From the NCBI GenBank assembly GCA_963713865.1, contig OY970208.1:1888001-1952000 (forward strand): 64,000 nt of DNA, given 5' to 3'. The notes beneath the pieces are model-generated. The model saw only the letters and a program-made list of their open reading frames with translations, was not told the DNA's origin and searched no databases. Shown here one piece after another: positions 9,992 through 18,818 of the stretch (position 1 is the stretch's first letter; the number at the start of each line of letters is the position of its first letter). Both the position numbers and the translations under genes were made by a program. The stretch is from an uncultured candidate division Zixibacteria bacterium. Lineage in GTDB: Bacteria > Zixibacteria > MSB-5A5 > RBG-16-43-9.

Positions 9992-10354
9992 ATGAAACAC
10001 AAATCAGTAGACGAGCTAAGCGGAAAGCTCTATTATTCCATTAGCGAGGTAAGCGAGATAACCGGAATAAAACAATACGTGCTTAGATTCTGGGAAAAAG
10101 AATTCTCTGATTTGAGACCGAAAAAGAACCGGGCTGGTAACCGGACCTACCAGTTGAAAGACATAGAGCTGGTGAACCGGATAAAGAACCTTCTATATGA
10201 AGAAGGCTTTACCATCGAGGGAGCCAGAGCCCAGTTAAAAGAGTTCCGCCATACTACAGAGCCAGAAAATAAGGAAATTAATCAGGAAAATCTGAAAACG
10301 GTTTTGAAGGACATCAAAAAGGAGCTTAGCGAGATTTTAAAGATATTGAGTTGA
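9992..10354 (+). CDS. MerR-family HTH regulator
   Basis: KLYYSISEVS...VLRFWEKEF..LRPKKNRAGNRTY...LLYEEGFTIEGA. Confidence 0.9.
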   Translation: MKHKSVDELSGKLYYSISEVSEITGIKQYVLRFWEKEFSDLRPKKNRAGNRTYQLKDIELVNRIKNLLYEEGFTIEGARAQLKEFRHTTEPENKEINQENLKTVLKDIKKELSEILKILS

Positions 10355-10360
10355 TTCAAT

Positions 10361-10435
10361 CGGGGCGTAGCGCAGCCTGGGTAGCGCACTTGCTTGGGGT
10401 GCAAGTGGTCGTCCGTTCAAATCGGATCGCCCCGA
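10361..10435 (+). tRNA. tRNA-Pro(GGG)
   Basis: CGGGGCG acceptor, CTTGC-TTGGGGT-GCAAG anticodon arm, GTTCAAATC. Confidence 0.95.
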
Positions 10436-10465
10436 TAAAAGGAGATTCCGAAATAGGAGGCAAAG

Positions 10466-10942
10466 ATGAAGAAGTATATTTTCATTGCCATCTGTGTTTC
10501 TCTGCTAGCTGTAGCTGTGAGTTGCCGAAGCGGGAGAGACATTGAAGCTGAAAAAACTAAGGTCAAAGCAGTCCTGGATAGCTACATAACAAGTATTGAG
10601 AATGAAGACATGGGACTGTATTCCAGGATCATCATGCATGACCCAGACATGGTGAATTTCGGCACTGCCGTCACCGATCGCATCGTCGGGTGGGACGCTT
10701 TGAGAAATGCAATTAAAGCTCAAAATGCCGCTTTGTCGGAGACAAAGATCACTCAGAGCGATGTTACCATTAATCTGTCACCTGACGGGCAGTTTGCGTG
10801 GGCGACATCCCTATGGAATTTCAAAGCTACAATGGGAGCGCAAGCCATTGATCTGCCAGTTCGCTGCACTTGGATTCTGGAAAAACGCAATAAGGACTGG
10901 GAAATTGTTCATTTTCATAAGTCCATAGGCGCAGCATTCTAA
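10466..10942 (+). CDS. SnoaL/NTF2-like lipoprotein
   Basis: Lipobox AVSC; RCTWILEKRNKDWEIVHFHKS C-terminus; GGAGG RBS. Confidence 0.8.
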   Translation: MKKYIFIAICVSLLAVAVSCRSGRDIEAEKTKVKAVLDSYITSIENEDMGLYSRIIMHDPDMVNFGTAVTDRIVGWDALRNAIKAQNAALSETKITQSDVTINLSPDGQFAWATSLWNFKATMGAQAIDLPVRCTWILEKRNKDWEIVHFHKSIGAAF

Positions 10943-10960
10943 GAGCTGTGTGGCCATCGG

Positions 10961-11012
10961 CTTGCTTGGGGTGCAAGTGGTCGTCCGTTCAAATCGGATC
11001 GCCCCGATAAAA
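10961..11012 (+). repeat. attR-like 52-bp exact duplicate of tRNA-Pro(GGG) 3' half (copy of 10389-10440)
   Basis: CTTGCTTGGGGTGCAAGTGGTCGTCCGTTCAAATCGGATCGCCCCGATAAAA occurs twice. Confidence 0.92.
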
Positions 11013-11048
11013 ATAAATAATTTTATGCAAGTATTAGTAAAAATTAGG

Positions 11049-11124
11049 ATGTTTGCATTGCCTCTATTACTCCAATTTGGGGGTATATACGCAATGCAGA
11101 TATGAACGAGTTATGCGCTATGCT
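11049..11124 (+). mobile_element. Partial integron attC-like site
   Basis: TGCATTGC...GCAATGCA stem then ATATGAACGA-GTTATGC; GTTATGCGCTATGCT is complementary (3 mismatches) to AGCACAGCGCGTAAT at 13064-13078. Confidence 0.6.
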
Positions 11125-11191
11125 AGTCTCCAATCTATAATATTATTTTACTAATAAACAATTATTCATTAAAAAAATCAAATAGATATTT

Positions 11192-12187
11192 ATGAAAAAA
11201 CAATTAATCGATACCGTAGAATACAAAGAGAAAATCATTGATGTCCCTTTATCACAAATCGAATTGAATAATCTAAATCCAAGGAGAAGGTTTGTTGATA
11301 CAGAGGAGGATGTGTTAATAGAATCAATATTATCGAAAGGTATGTTAAATCCAATTATTGTATATAAAAGGCAAAAAGATAACCGATACGTAATTTTGGA
11401 TGGCGAAAGAAGATTCAAAGCATTTAAGAAATTAAACAAGCCACATATCTCGTGTCATGTTTTAGAAAAAGAGCCAACAGAATTAGAAAATTTATCAATG
11501 ATGTTTCATATCCATAATGTAAGAGAAGAATGGACCGACTTTGCAATTGCTCACACGTTGGTAAAAGTAATTTTTGAAATGGGAAAGGATTTGAGGCACT
11601 TAGGGCGTCAAGATAAATTACAGTTATCCCAATTAACTTCTCTTTCTGAGTACAAAATTAATAAATATTTGATTTTCTATGATTATCCAAAAAGCATAAT
11701 TACTAAGTTTATGGAATCTGAGGTGAAAGAGATTCCAGACAAAGGGATGGATCCTGATATACTGGCAGAAATGCATGCGCCTATAAAGCTTATTGAAAAT
11801 GAACTCCCAGATTTTTTGAAAGAATATAACAAAGAAAAAATAATTGATGCATGCGTAAGAAAAAAAGCAAATGGTATTATCAAAACAAATAGAGATTTTA
11901 GGATGCTGACAAAATCTCTATCCGCAATGAAAAAAGGGGGAGTCAGAAAAGAGGTTATGTTTGATAAATTAGTATCATTTATCAAGGATTTGGAAGTTAC
12001 TCCGCAAAATATTTTTGAAGAAACATCAGAGACTATTTATCAAATAGACTCAATTCTTAAAAAGACAGATACATTAATTAAAGAAGTGCAAAACTTAAAT
12101 CTGAATCAAATAACAAGACATGAAAAAGGCAGATTAGAGAGAAATTTAAAAAAACTGACTGATTTATTAAGAACTAAATTAAGATAA
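11192..12187 (+). CDS. ParB/Srx N-terminal domain protein (orphan, no parA)
   Basis: NPRR...ESI...GMLNPIIV...YVILDGERRFKA; AT-rich. Confidence 0.85.
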   Translation: MKKQLIDTVEYKEKIIDVPLSQIELNNLNPRRRFVDTEEDVLIESILSKGMLNPIIVYKRQKDNRYVILDGERRFKAFKKLNKPHISCHVLEKEPTELENLSMMFHIHNVREEWTDFAIAHTLVKVIFEMGKDLRHLGRQDKLQLSQLTSLSEYKINKYLIFYDYPKSIITKFMESEVKEIPDKGMDPDILAEMHAPIKLIENELPDFLKEYNKEKIIDACVRKKANGIIKTNRDFRMLTKSLSAMKKGGVRKEVMFDKLVSFIKDLEVTPQNIFEETSETIYQIDSILKKTDTLIKEVQNLNLNQITRHEKGRLERNLKKLTDLLRTKLR

Positions 12188-12188
12188 C

Positions 12189-13025
12189 TTGCTAATGCTC
12201 GATGAAATTAAGGATCAGTTTAAAAAGAATGGCTACATAGAGTCACCAGGTTATAATTTACCTAAATCTTTGCTTTGGCAACCAGACTTAGTCTTCTCAA
12301 AAAATAATTACACATATCTTATTCTCGTTAAAAGTAATAATTCTATTCCCCCCTCCTTTCTTAATAGAATCTCAAATATACCTAAAGACACGATAATTCC
12401 GCTGATTGTCTTTGCTCAAAAATTAAAGGATAAAGAAGAAAAGGGTATACTATCGCTCGGTATAAGTATAGCCTATTTTATTAGGGGGAGACTTGTAAAA
12501 TTTACCTTTAAGAAAAAGAAGCCACGGAAAATCGTTAAGAGAGATATAAGAAACAAATTAAAAGCTATTGATATTTTCATAAGCTCTAAACAAGATATTG
12601 TTGAAAGAGAATTTGTAAAAAGTAGAATTAATTATTTAAGGGATACCAATAATTATCCTTTTTTCCTACATATGATTGAATACGACAAATTCGAAATGTC
12701 AAAACTATATAAGCACATCAAAACTGAAATGTGCAAATGCGAATGGATTATAGTTTTATTGGGAAATCACTATTCTCCAATTGTTAAGTATGAAATGAGA
12801 AAAGCTCTAACAGTTATAGAGCATAATAACTATTTCATGTTTGTGAAATCGACCAATAATTGTCGCATAGCATGGGAAAAGGAATTAGACGAAGTAAAAC
12901 AATATAACACTATTCACTATATTCCTTATGCAAATTTAAATGATTTAGAAGTTAATCTATCTAGAGCTGTAAATAAAAGAATGTATCAAATTTGCAAGAA
13001 AGAAAAGGTTGAGATATTTGTTTAA
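12189..13025 (+). CDS. Hypothetical protein: PD-(D/E)xK-like N-terminus plus DUF4062/TIR-like C-terminus
   Basis: WQPDLVF...LILVK; DIFISS...ERE...WIIVLLGNHYSPIVKYE; 1 nt after ParB stop. Confidence 0.55.
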   Translation: MLMLDEIKDQFKKNGYIESPGYNLPKSLLWQPDLVFSKNNYTYLILVKSNNSIPPSFLNRISNIPKDTIIPLIVFAQKLKDKEEKGILSLGISIAYFIRGRLVKFTFKKKKPRKIVKRDIRNKLKAIDIFISSKQDIVEREFVKSRINYLRDTNNYPFFLHMIEYDKFEMSKLYKHIKTEMCKCEWIIVLLGNHYSPIVKYEMRKALTVIEHNNYFMFVKSTNNCRIAWEKELDEVKQYNTIHYIPYANLNDLEVNLSRAVNKRMYQICKKEKVEIFV

Positions 13026-13161
13026 ATGCAAATTTATGACTTTATCATAGCCTTTATTCAGGAAGCACAGCGCGTAATAGAGCAAACAACGGCGCTTCCT
13101 TTGTTGATGAAGGATAATTATGATTATCTGGGTGATTCTGAGTGGTCAAACTGCTCTTTTT

Positions 13162-13219
13162 AGTTAATGAAAACAATCTTAGTCCTTATTCCGGCTTTTA
13201 ATGCGGAGAAAACCATTTC
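13162..13219 (+). pseudogene. Diverged duplicate of the 5' end of the glycosyltransferase gene (14768-14825)
   Basis: 53/58 nt identical; encodes MKTILVLIPAFNAEKTIS. Confidence 0.88.
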
Positions 13220-13226
13220 CGCAATA

Positions 13227-13333
13227 GGTGCTGATATCATCCCCAAAAGGGGATTATATTCGCACCAGGTGAGGATGTGAACAAGCTGGTGTAAATGCTG
13301 CCCGTTTGAAAGAAAAATGAGCAGTGGCGCAGG
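13227..13333 (+). mobile_element. Partial attC-like site and left cassette inverted repeat
   Basis: GGTGCTGATATCATCCCC-AAAA-GGGGATTATATTCGCACC hairpin then ATGTGAACAA-GCTGGTG; 13285-13333 is an imperfect inverted repeat of 14520-14568. Confidence 0.6.
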
Positions 13334-13370
13334 TAGAATACAAAGAAAATAAAATAGAAAGAAGGTTAGA

Positions 13371-14366
13371 ATGCTTTTAAATCATCTAAAAACAGTTATG
13401 CATAACATAAGAATACCAAAGCATATCCGGCATAATTTTAAAACCATCAATCCAGATAAAATGAACGAATTACGAGAAATACTCAGGGAAGAGTATTTTA
13501 AAAACATTAAATACTCCATTGGAGTTACTTCAGAAAATTATCTTGCGACAGCAGAAGGCAAAACTGACGTTGAAAATCATACGGTTAATAGATTAAATGT
13601 TTTCAGGAACACGGTCGTCCCCTGGTTAGATTCATTAAAAAAATTATCCTCATCCAAAATACTTGAAATAGGTTGTGGAACAGGGTGCTCTACTTTAGCA
13701 CTTGCAGAACAAGGTGCCATTGTCACAGGAATTGATATAGACGAAGCAAGCATCAGGGTGGCAAAATTTCGAGCCAATTTGTATGGCGTTGATTACACCC
13801 TCCTTCAAGAAAATGCCACACGCATTGATCGATTCAGCAAACAATCTTTTGATTTAGTAATATTTTTTGCGTCACTTGAACACATGACTATTGATGAGAG
13901 AATCGAGGCCTTGAAAAAAGCGTGGGATTTACTATCAGCCGGCAGTATCCTGGTTGTAATCGAAACGCCGAATCGACTTTGGTTCCGGGATGAGCATGCC
14001 TCTCTTCTTCCATTTTTTCATTGGCTGCCGGATCAACTCGCTTTTTATTATTCCTCTAGGAGTCAGAGGATTAATTTCTACCGCTTCTCAAATGACTTAG
14101 GCAGCCAGGTGCCGATGACATTTCATAGACTCGGAAGGGGGGTAAGCTATCATGAATTCGAAATAGCAATTGGTAAAAATGCTAAATTGAAAGTTATTGG
14201 AGACCTTGATTCGTTCTTAGCAAAGAGATCCATAAATCCACTCCTTAAGCTAAAGAGAAAAATATCCAAGGGAAATAGATATTATAAATTAATTAAAAGT
14301 CTAAATCCGTTCGTACATAGTTCGTTTTTTCGTCAGGAACTGAATTTGGCTATTATCAAAGAATAA
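13371..14366 (+). CDS. Class I SAM-dependent methyltransferase (UbiG-like)
   Basis: ILEIGCGTG, GIDID, FDLVIFFASLEH, ETPNR. Confidence 0.88.
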   Translation: MLLNHLKTVMHNIRIPKHIRHNFKTINPDKMNELREILREEYFKNIKYSIGVTSENYLATAEGKTDVENHTVNRLNVFRNTVVPWLDSLKKLSSSKILEIGCGTGCSTLALAEQGAIVTGIDIDEASIRVAKFRANLYGVDYTLLQENATRIDRFSKQSFDLVIFFASLEHMTIDERIEALKKAWDLLSAGSILVVIETPNRLWFRDEHASLLPFFHWLPDQLAFYYSSRSQRINFYRFSNDLGSQVPMTFHRLGRGVSYHEFEIAIGKNAKLKVIGDLDSFLAKRSINPLLKLKRKISKGNRYYKLIKSLNPFVHSSFFRQELNLAIIKE

Positions 14367-14561
14367 AACTATAGCCTGGCGAGCAATGCGGTTGAGGTAA
14401 ATTTTCTCAGGAGAGGAATTGTTGAATCGGTTGGTTTGGCAGAACCGGATGCGGCTTTGACGAAAATAGATTCGCAATAAAACAAGAAAGCCTCGTGCTA
14501 AGGAAATAAAAATCATAAACATGCGCCACTGCGGAGAATCAAAACAAACCGGCAGCATATC

Positions 14562-14694
14562 CACCAACAGCCGCAGCCTACCATTTTGCGCAGCAAGTCA
14601 GGGTAGCGCTTCCGTGTCCGCTCCGCTTTGCTCCGAGGCACTCCAGCGGAATTATAGGCGCAAAACAGCAGGCGGGTGCGGCTAACGGTTAGCA
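14562..14694 (+). mobile_element. Complete integron attC-like site (133 bp)
   Basis: CACCAAC-AGCCGCA...TTTTGCGC...GCGCAAAA...TGCGGCT-AACG-GTTAGCA. Confidence 0.7.
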
Positions 14695-14718
14695 AAATAT
14701 CCGAAAAGGCGAATTTCA

Positions 14719-14751
14719 GTGAAAGTTCGTGATATTATAAAATTGATTAAG
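14719..14751 (+). pseudogene. Stub resembling the HicA toxin N-terminus
   Basis: MKVRDIIKLIK, about 25 nt after the attC GTT; only 11 codons. Confidence 0.4.
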
Positions 14752-14772
14752 TGTTCTGGTTGCAGCAAGTTA

Positions 14773-15438
14773 ATGAAAAAAATCTTAGTTCTAATTCCAG
14801 CTTTTAATGCCGAGAAAACCATTTCTCCGCTCATAGAGCAGATTTCAGCTAATAGTATAAAAAAAGAAGATATTTTAGTTATAGATGATGGCTCTCTGGA
14901 TTCGACTTATGAGATTGTAAAAAAATGTGACGTTAAGATTATTCAGCACCAAAAAAACAAAGGCAAGGGGGAGGCTTTGAAAACGGGGTTTGGGTATACC
15001 CTGCGGGAAGGGTATTCAGGGGTAATTACTTTAGATGCGGATTTACAGCATGATCCAAAATTCATTCCGGAATTTATCAAAAAAGCAAACTCAGATATAC
15101 TTGTCGGGACAAGGAATATCAGGCTAAAAATTATGCCTTTTCCCAGATGGTTATCTAATAATCTAACTTCTATAATTGTATCTATTTTAGGAGATACTAA
15201 AGTCAGGGACAGCCAATCCGGTTACAGGTATATCTCTGCAGAGGTTTTAAAAACTGTCAGATTGAGGACTAAGAAATATGAGCTTGAGTCAGAACTATTA
15301 ATAAAAGCCGGAAGAAGAAAATTCAAAATTGATCCGGTGCCGATAAGCACAATTTATAAAGGAAGCAAAAGTTTCATAAATCCTCTTGTGGATACAGGAA
15401 GATTTATTAAATTAATGTGGAAAAGTCTTTTCTGGTGA
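14773..15438 (+). CDS. Glycosyltransferase family 2 (DPM1-like)
   Basis: IPAFN, VIDDGSLD, NKGKG, TLDADLQHDP, DSQSGYR; ATG 14773 preferred over 14719. Confidence 0.92.
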   Translation: MKKILVLIPAFNAEKTISPLIEQISANSIKKEDILVIDDGSLDSTYEIVKKCDVKIIQHQKNKGKGEALKTGFGYTLREGYSGVITLDADLQHDPKFIPEFIKKANSDILVGTRNIRLKIMPFPRWLSNNLTSIIVSILGDTKVRDSQSGYRYISAEVLKTVRLRTKKYELESELLIKAGRRKFKIDPVPISTIYKGSKSFINPLVDTGRFIKLMWKSLFW

Positions 15439-15505
15439 AAAGACAGTGGTCAGAAAAAACTGATTACTGACCACTCACCAATGGTTACTAATTTCCGGAG
15501 GAAAT

Positions 15506-16246
15506 TTGATTGCTCTATTAACCAACGACGATGGAATCGAAGCCAAAGGTTTAAAGGTTTTAATAAAAGAGATTTCTAAAATTGCTCAGGTCTGGGTAGT
15601 AGCTCCGGACAGGGAGCAGAGTGCTACCAGCCATTCTTTAACCATAACCCGTCCTTTGAGGTTAAATAAGATCGGAGAGAAAATCTATTCTATTGATGGA
15701 ACCCCTACGGATGCGGTGATGATTGCTTTTCATAAAGTATTAAAGAAAAAGCCAGATATTCTCATCTCCGGCATCAATTCCGGTCCAAATTTAGGAGATG
15801 ACGTTACCTATTCAGGAACCGTAGCTGCCGCAATTGAAGGGACAATCTTAGGTATACCCTCAATCGCAGTTTCCATCACTGATTACGATTTTGATAAATT
15901 TGATAATCCTGCTAAATTCGTTAAAAAACTGGCTAAGTATGTTCTTAAAAATGGACTGTCTGCAGATACCTTTTTGAATGTGAATATACCTCCTCACAAA
16001 AGACCACTTAATAAATATAAGATCACGCGATTAGGTAGAAGGGTTTATAAAGACGTGGTAGTGGAGAAGATCGACCCGCGGGGCAAAAAATATTTCTGGA
16101 TAGCCGGGCAGGCAATAGTTTCAGAAGGAGGGAAAGACTCAGATTTCTTAGCCATTGAAAAAGGGTATATCTCCATTACTCCCCTGCATCTGGACTGGAC
16201 AAATTATAAGACTATCGAGGAGATGAAAGGGTGGAAGATATTTTAG
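15506..16246 (+). CDS. surE: 5'/3'-nucleotidase SurE
   Basis: LLTNDDGI, VAPDREQSATSHSLT, GTPTD, SGIN.GPN, YSGTVAAA. Confidence 0.97.
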   Translation: MIALLTNDDGIEAKGLKVLIKEISKIAQVWVVAPDREQSATSHSLTITRPLRLNKIGEKIYSIDGTPTDAVMIAFHKVLKKKPDILISGINSGPNLGDDVTYSGTVAAAIEGTILGIPSIAVSITDYDFDKFDNPAKFVKKLAKYVLKNGLSADTFLNVNIPPHKRPLNKYKITRLGRRVYKDVVVEKIDPRGKKYFWIAGQAIVSEGGKDSDFLAIEKGYISITPLHLDWTNYKTIEEMKGWKIF

Positions 16247-16277
16247 ATTGTGTATATGTGTATAATTGAGGTCGTTT

Positions 16278-16541
16278 GTAGCGTCAGGGTTTATCCCTGA
16301 CGTTTGTTCATTTTCGTCGGGCATAAAACCCGACGCTACATAAAAAACCTCACCTGTCTCTCTCATTACAAAGAAGAGTGAGAAAATGATTTGTAGGGGT
16401 GGGTTTGAAACCCACCCCTACCATTCTATCAGGGGACCCACAGGGTGGCACCCTCAAACTCGTTTGAGGGTGATGCATGAGGTATATGCTCTGATAGCAT
16501 TCTCAAAGCAAGTTTGGGAATGGCACACCGCGTAGCTACCA
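16278..16541. repeat. Cluster of REP-like palindromes
   Basis: Several GTAG/CTAC-tagged hairpins plus CACCCTCAAAC-TC-GTTTGAGGGTG. Confidence 0.8.
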
Positions 16542-16798
16542 CAGGATTTGAACAAAAAAAAGGCTCCCAGCCATTTTAGTGGTGTAGGAGACAGCAATTA
16601 AATAAAAATTTTACTTGACTTTTGCTCTTGAAAATCGTAGATATTTATTGTCAACCATTAGGGCGCGGCTTGGCGCTGACCCGGCTGCAACTGCAGCTTA
16701 GAATGTAAGAAGGGCAAAAATCCCTTTTCCATCTGTACGGACTCCGCTCAAAGCACAAACCCTTTTTAAAAAACACTTTAACTCCAAAGGAGGAGTAA

Positions 16799-17126
16799 GT
16801 GAGTAACAACAAGCTATACGTAGGCAACCTGAGCTACATGACTGGTGAGGAGAAGCTCAGAGAAGCTTTTTCGGCCTACGGAACTGTAACCTCCATCACC
16901 ATAATCGAAGGAAAAGGATTCGGGTTTGTGGAGATGGAAACCGGTGAAGCCGCCCAGAGTGCCAAAGAGGCTCTGGATGGGAAAGAACTGGATGGTCGTA
17001 ACATCAAGGTGGACGAAGCCAGGCCCAGGGCCAAAAAGAAGCGGCGGCGGTGGCGGTGGATATGGAGGAGGGGGTGGTAGAGGAGGAGGGGACAGGGATT
17101 TTAAAAGAAGACGACCCAGATATTAA
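16799..17126 (+). CDS. RRM RNA-binding protein with Gly-rich tail (apparent +1 frameshift at about 17028)
   Basis: KLYVGNLSY, KGFGFVEM, GRNIKVDEARP; GGGGGYGGGG tail lies in the next frame. Confidence 0.9.
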
Positions 17127-17138
17127 CTCTGAATAGAA

Positions 17139-17171
17139 AAGGGTCGGTCTACTTTAAGTAGACCGACCCTT
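17139..17171 (+). terminator. Intrinsic terminator-like hairpin
   Basis: AAGGGTCGGTCTAC-TTTAA-GTAGACCGACCCTT just after the stop. Confidence 0.7.
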
Positions 17172-17333
17172 ATAGTTTACTGAGTATTGTAGTATTGTAG
17201 TTGCTCGATTCATCGAGCAAAAAACAGCCCGATAGATGAACAACTGCAGTTCAGATAGTTCGGGGAATATAACGACACCAATAGAACCTCACCCTAACCC
17301 TCTCCTTATAAAGGAGAGGGTTAGGAGTTAGCT

Positions 17334-17639
17334 ATGCCATTTTCAAAAGAAAAATGGATCGAGATTGCCAGAAACAGAGGATTGGAAGAAGTAGGGGTTA
17401 AATTGATTGAAAAAATAGGTAAATGCCCTCATGCAGAAGGGAAAGTTTTTATATATGTTCATCCAAATTGCAGACCTGAAGGACTTTGCGGAGTAGCTTC
17501 CATTGCTATAGAGCCTTTTGTTCAGCGCTGTTCAGCCAGAGTCCCATCCTGGGAGAAAGACGACTCGAATATATATCGCATTCACTGTCCTTCAAAAAAA
17601 GGGACCATCTGGGAGATAAGGAGATTAAAAGATAAATAG
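17334..17639 (+). CDS. Cys-rich small protein, TIGR04076-like
   Basis: GKCP...PEGLC..A..AI.P...W......HCP....WEIRR. Confidence 0.55.
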   Translation: MPFSKEKWIEIARNRGLEEVGVKLIEKIGKCPHAEGKVFIYVHPNCRPEGLCGVASIAIEPFVQRCSARVPSWEKDDSNIYRIHCPSKKGTIWEIRRLKDK

Positions 17640-17881
17640 ATCTTTCTGCTCGGGCAGGGGTATAACACCTATCCATCCAAGGTTTCTCATCGTCAATCTT
17701 TTTACTCAGGGCTGTATTTTCGATGGTGAGGATACCAATGCAGAATCGCAGGAACAGAATCCGCCTAAGGTGGATTCTGTTCTTTCAGTCTGAATATGAT
17801 ATTTTACTTTTAAAAATAAAACTATTTTTCTATTGACATTCTTCAAAAAAAATATAAGATAGATAGGTCAAGAAGATAGTG

Positions 17882-17955
17882 CGGGGCGTGGCTCAGCCTG
17901 GTAGAGCACTTGGTTCGGGACCAAGGTGTCGTCCGTTCAAATCGGACCGCCCCGA
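17882..17955 (+). tRNA. tRNA-Pro(CGG)
   Basis: CTTGG-TTCGGGA-CCAAG anticodon arm, GTTCAAATC; TTGACA upstream at 17833. Confidence 0.95.
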
Positions 17956-18001
17956 AAAATATAATTTTAAAAACGACCTGGGGGTAAAAGGGAGTTGTTA
18001 T

Positions 18002-18508
18002 ATGAAAGCAAAAGAAATGAAGAAAGAAGCAAAGAAAGAATTAAAGGAAGAAGGAAAAAAGGTTTTCATTGGAGTAATCGGTGCTGGTACCTGTTCCAAG
18101 AAAATCCATAGTACCGCAGTTGATGTAGGCAAATATATCGCCAAAGCAGGAGGAATCCTGGTTTGTGGTGGACTTGGCGGAGTGATGGAAGGGGCGGCTC
18201 AAGGAGCTAAGGAAAATGACGGGATAACTATAGGAATAATCCCTGGCGAAAACAGGGAAGAAGCTAATTCCTATATCGATTTTCCGATTGTAACCGGTTT
18301 TGGTGAAGGAAGGAATTTGATGGTTATCCGCAGTTCTGACGTTATCATCGCTTTGCCCGGTAAATATGGTACGTTGTCCGAGTTAGCCTTCTGCCTCAAA
18401 TTAGGTAAACCCGTAATCAGCATAAGCACTTGGGATGTCTCAGAGAGAATTATTAAAGCCAAAGATCCTAAAGAGGCAGTTAAGTTAGCCTTAGAACAAA
18501 TTAAGTAG
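18002..18508 (+). CDS. TIGR00725/LOG-family Rossmann-fold protein
   Basis: IGVIG, CGGLGGVMEGA, GEGRN, GKYGTLSELAF; ORF-track start at 17879 runs through the tRNA. Confidence 0.88.
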   Translation: MKAKEMKKEAKKELKEEGKKVFIGVIGAGTCSKKIHSTAVDVGKYIAKAGGILVCGGLGGVMEGAAQGAKENDGITIGIIPGENREEANSYIDFPIVTGFGEGRNLMVIRSSDVIIALPGKYGTLSELAFCLKLGKPVISISTWDVSERIIKAKDPKEAVKLALEQIK

Positions 18509-18510
18509 AG

Positions 18511-18795
18511 ATGAGCCCGGATAAGGTTACTGCACATATAATTGTTTCAGGAATAGTTCAAGGCGTAGGCTTCCGCTATTTTGTCTATCGTAAAGCAGGA
18601 GAATACAACCTTAAAGGTTATGTAAGAAATCTGCATAACGAAGATGTCGAGATAGAGGTTGAAGGTGACAAGGGGATGATACTGGATTTTATAAAGGATT
18701 TGAAAATAGGTCCACGTTCAGCTCACGTAACCGGAGTAAATATCGAGTGGCTGGAACATAAAAATAGTTATTCTGATTTTCAGATAAGATTTTAA
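18511..18795 (+). CDS. acyP: Acylphosphatase
   Basis: VSGIVQGVGFRYF, GYVRN, GP. Confidence 0.95.
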   Translation: MSPDKVTAHIIVSGIVQGVGFRYFVYRKAGEYNLKGYVRNLHNEDVEIEVEGDKGMILDFIKDLKIGPRSAHVTGVNIEWLEHKNSYSDFQIRF

Positions 18796-18818
18796 TTGGC
18801 TTCTTGAAAGGAGATAAG

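Noticed and set aside
10351-10545. 64-aa ORF, and the N-terminal extension of ORF 17879-18508
   Set aside because: Both read through tRNA-Pro genes
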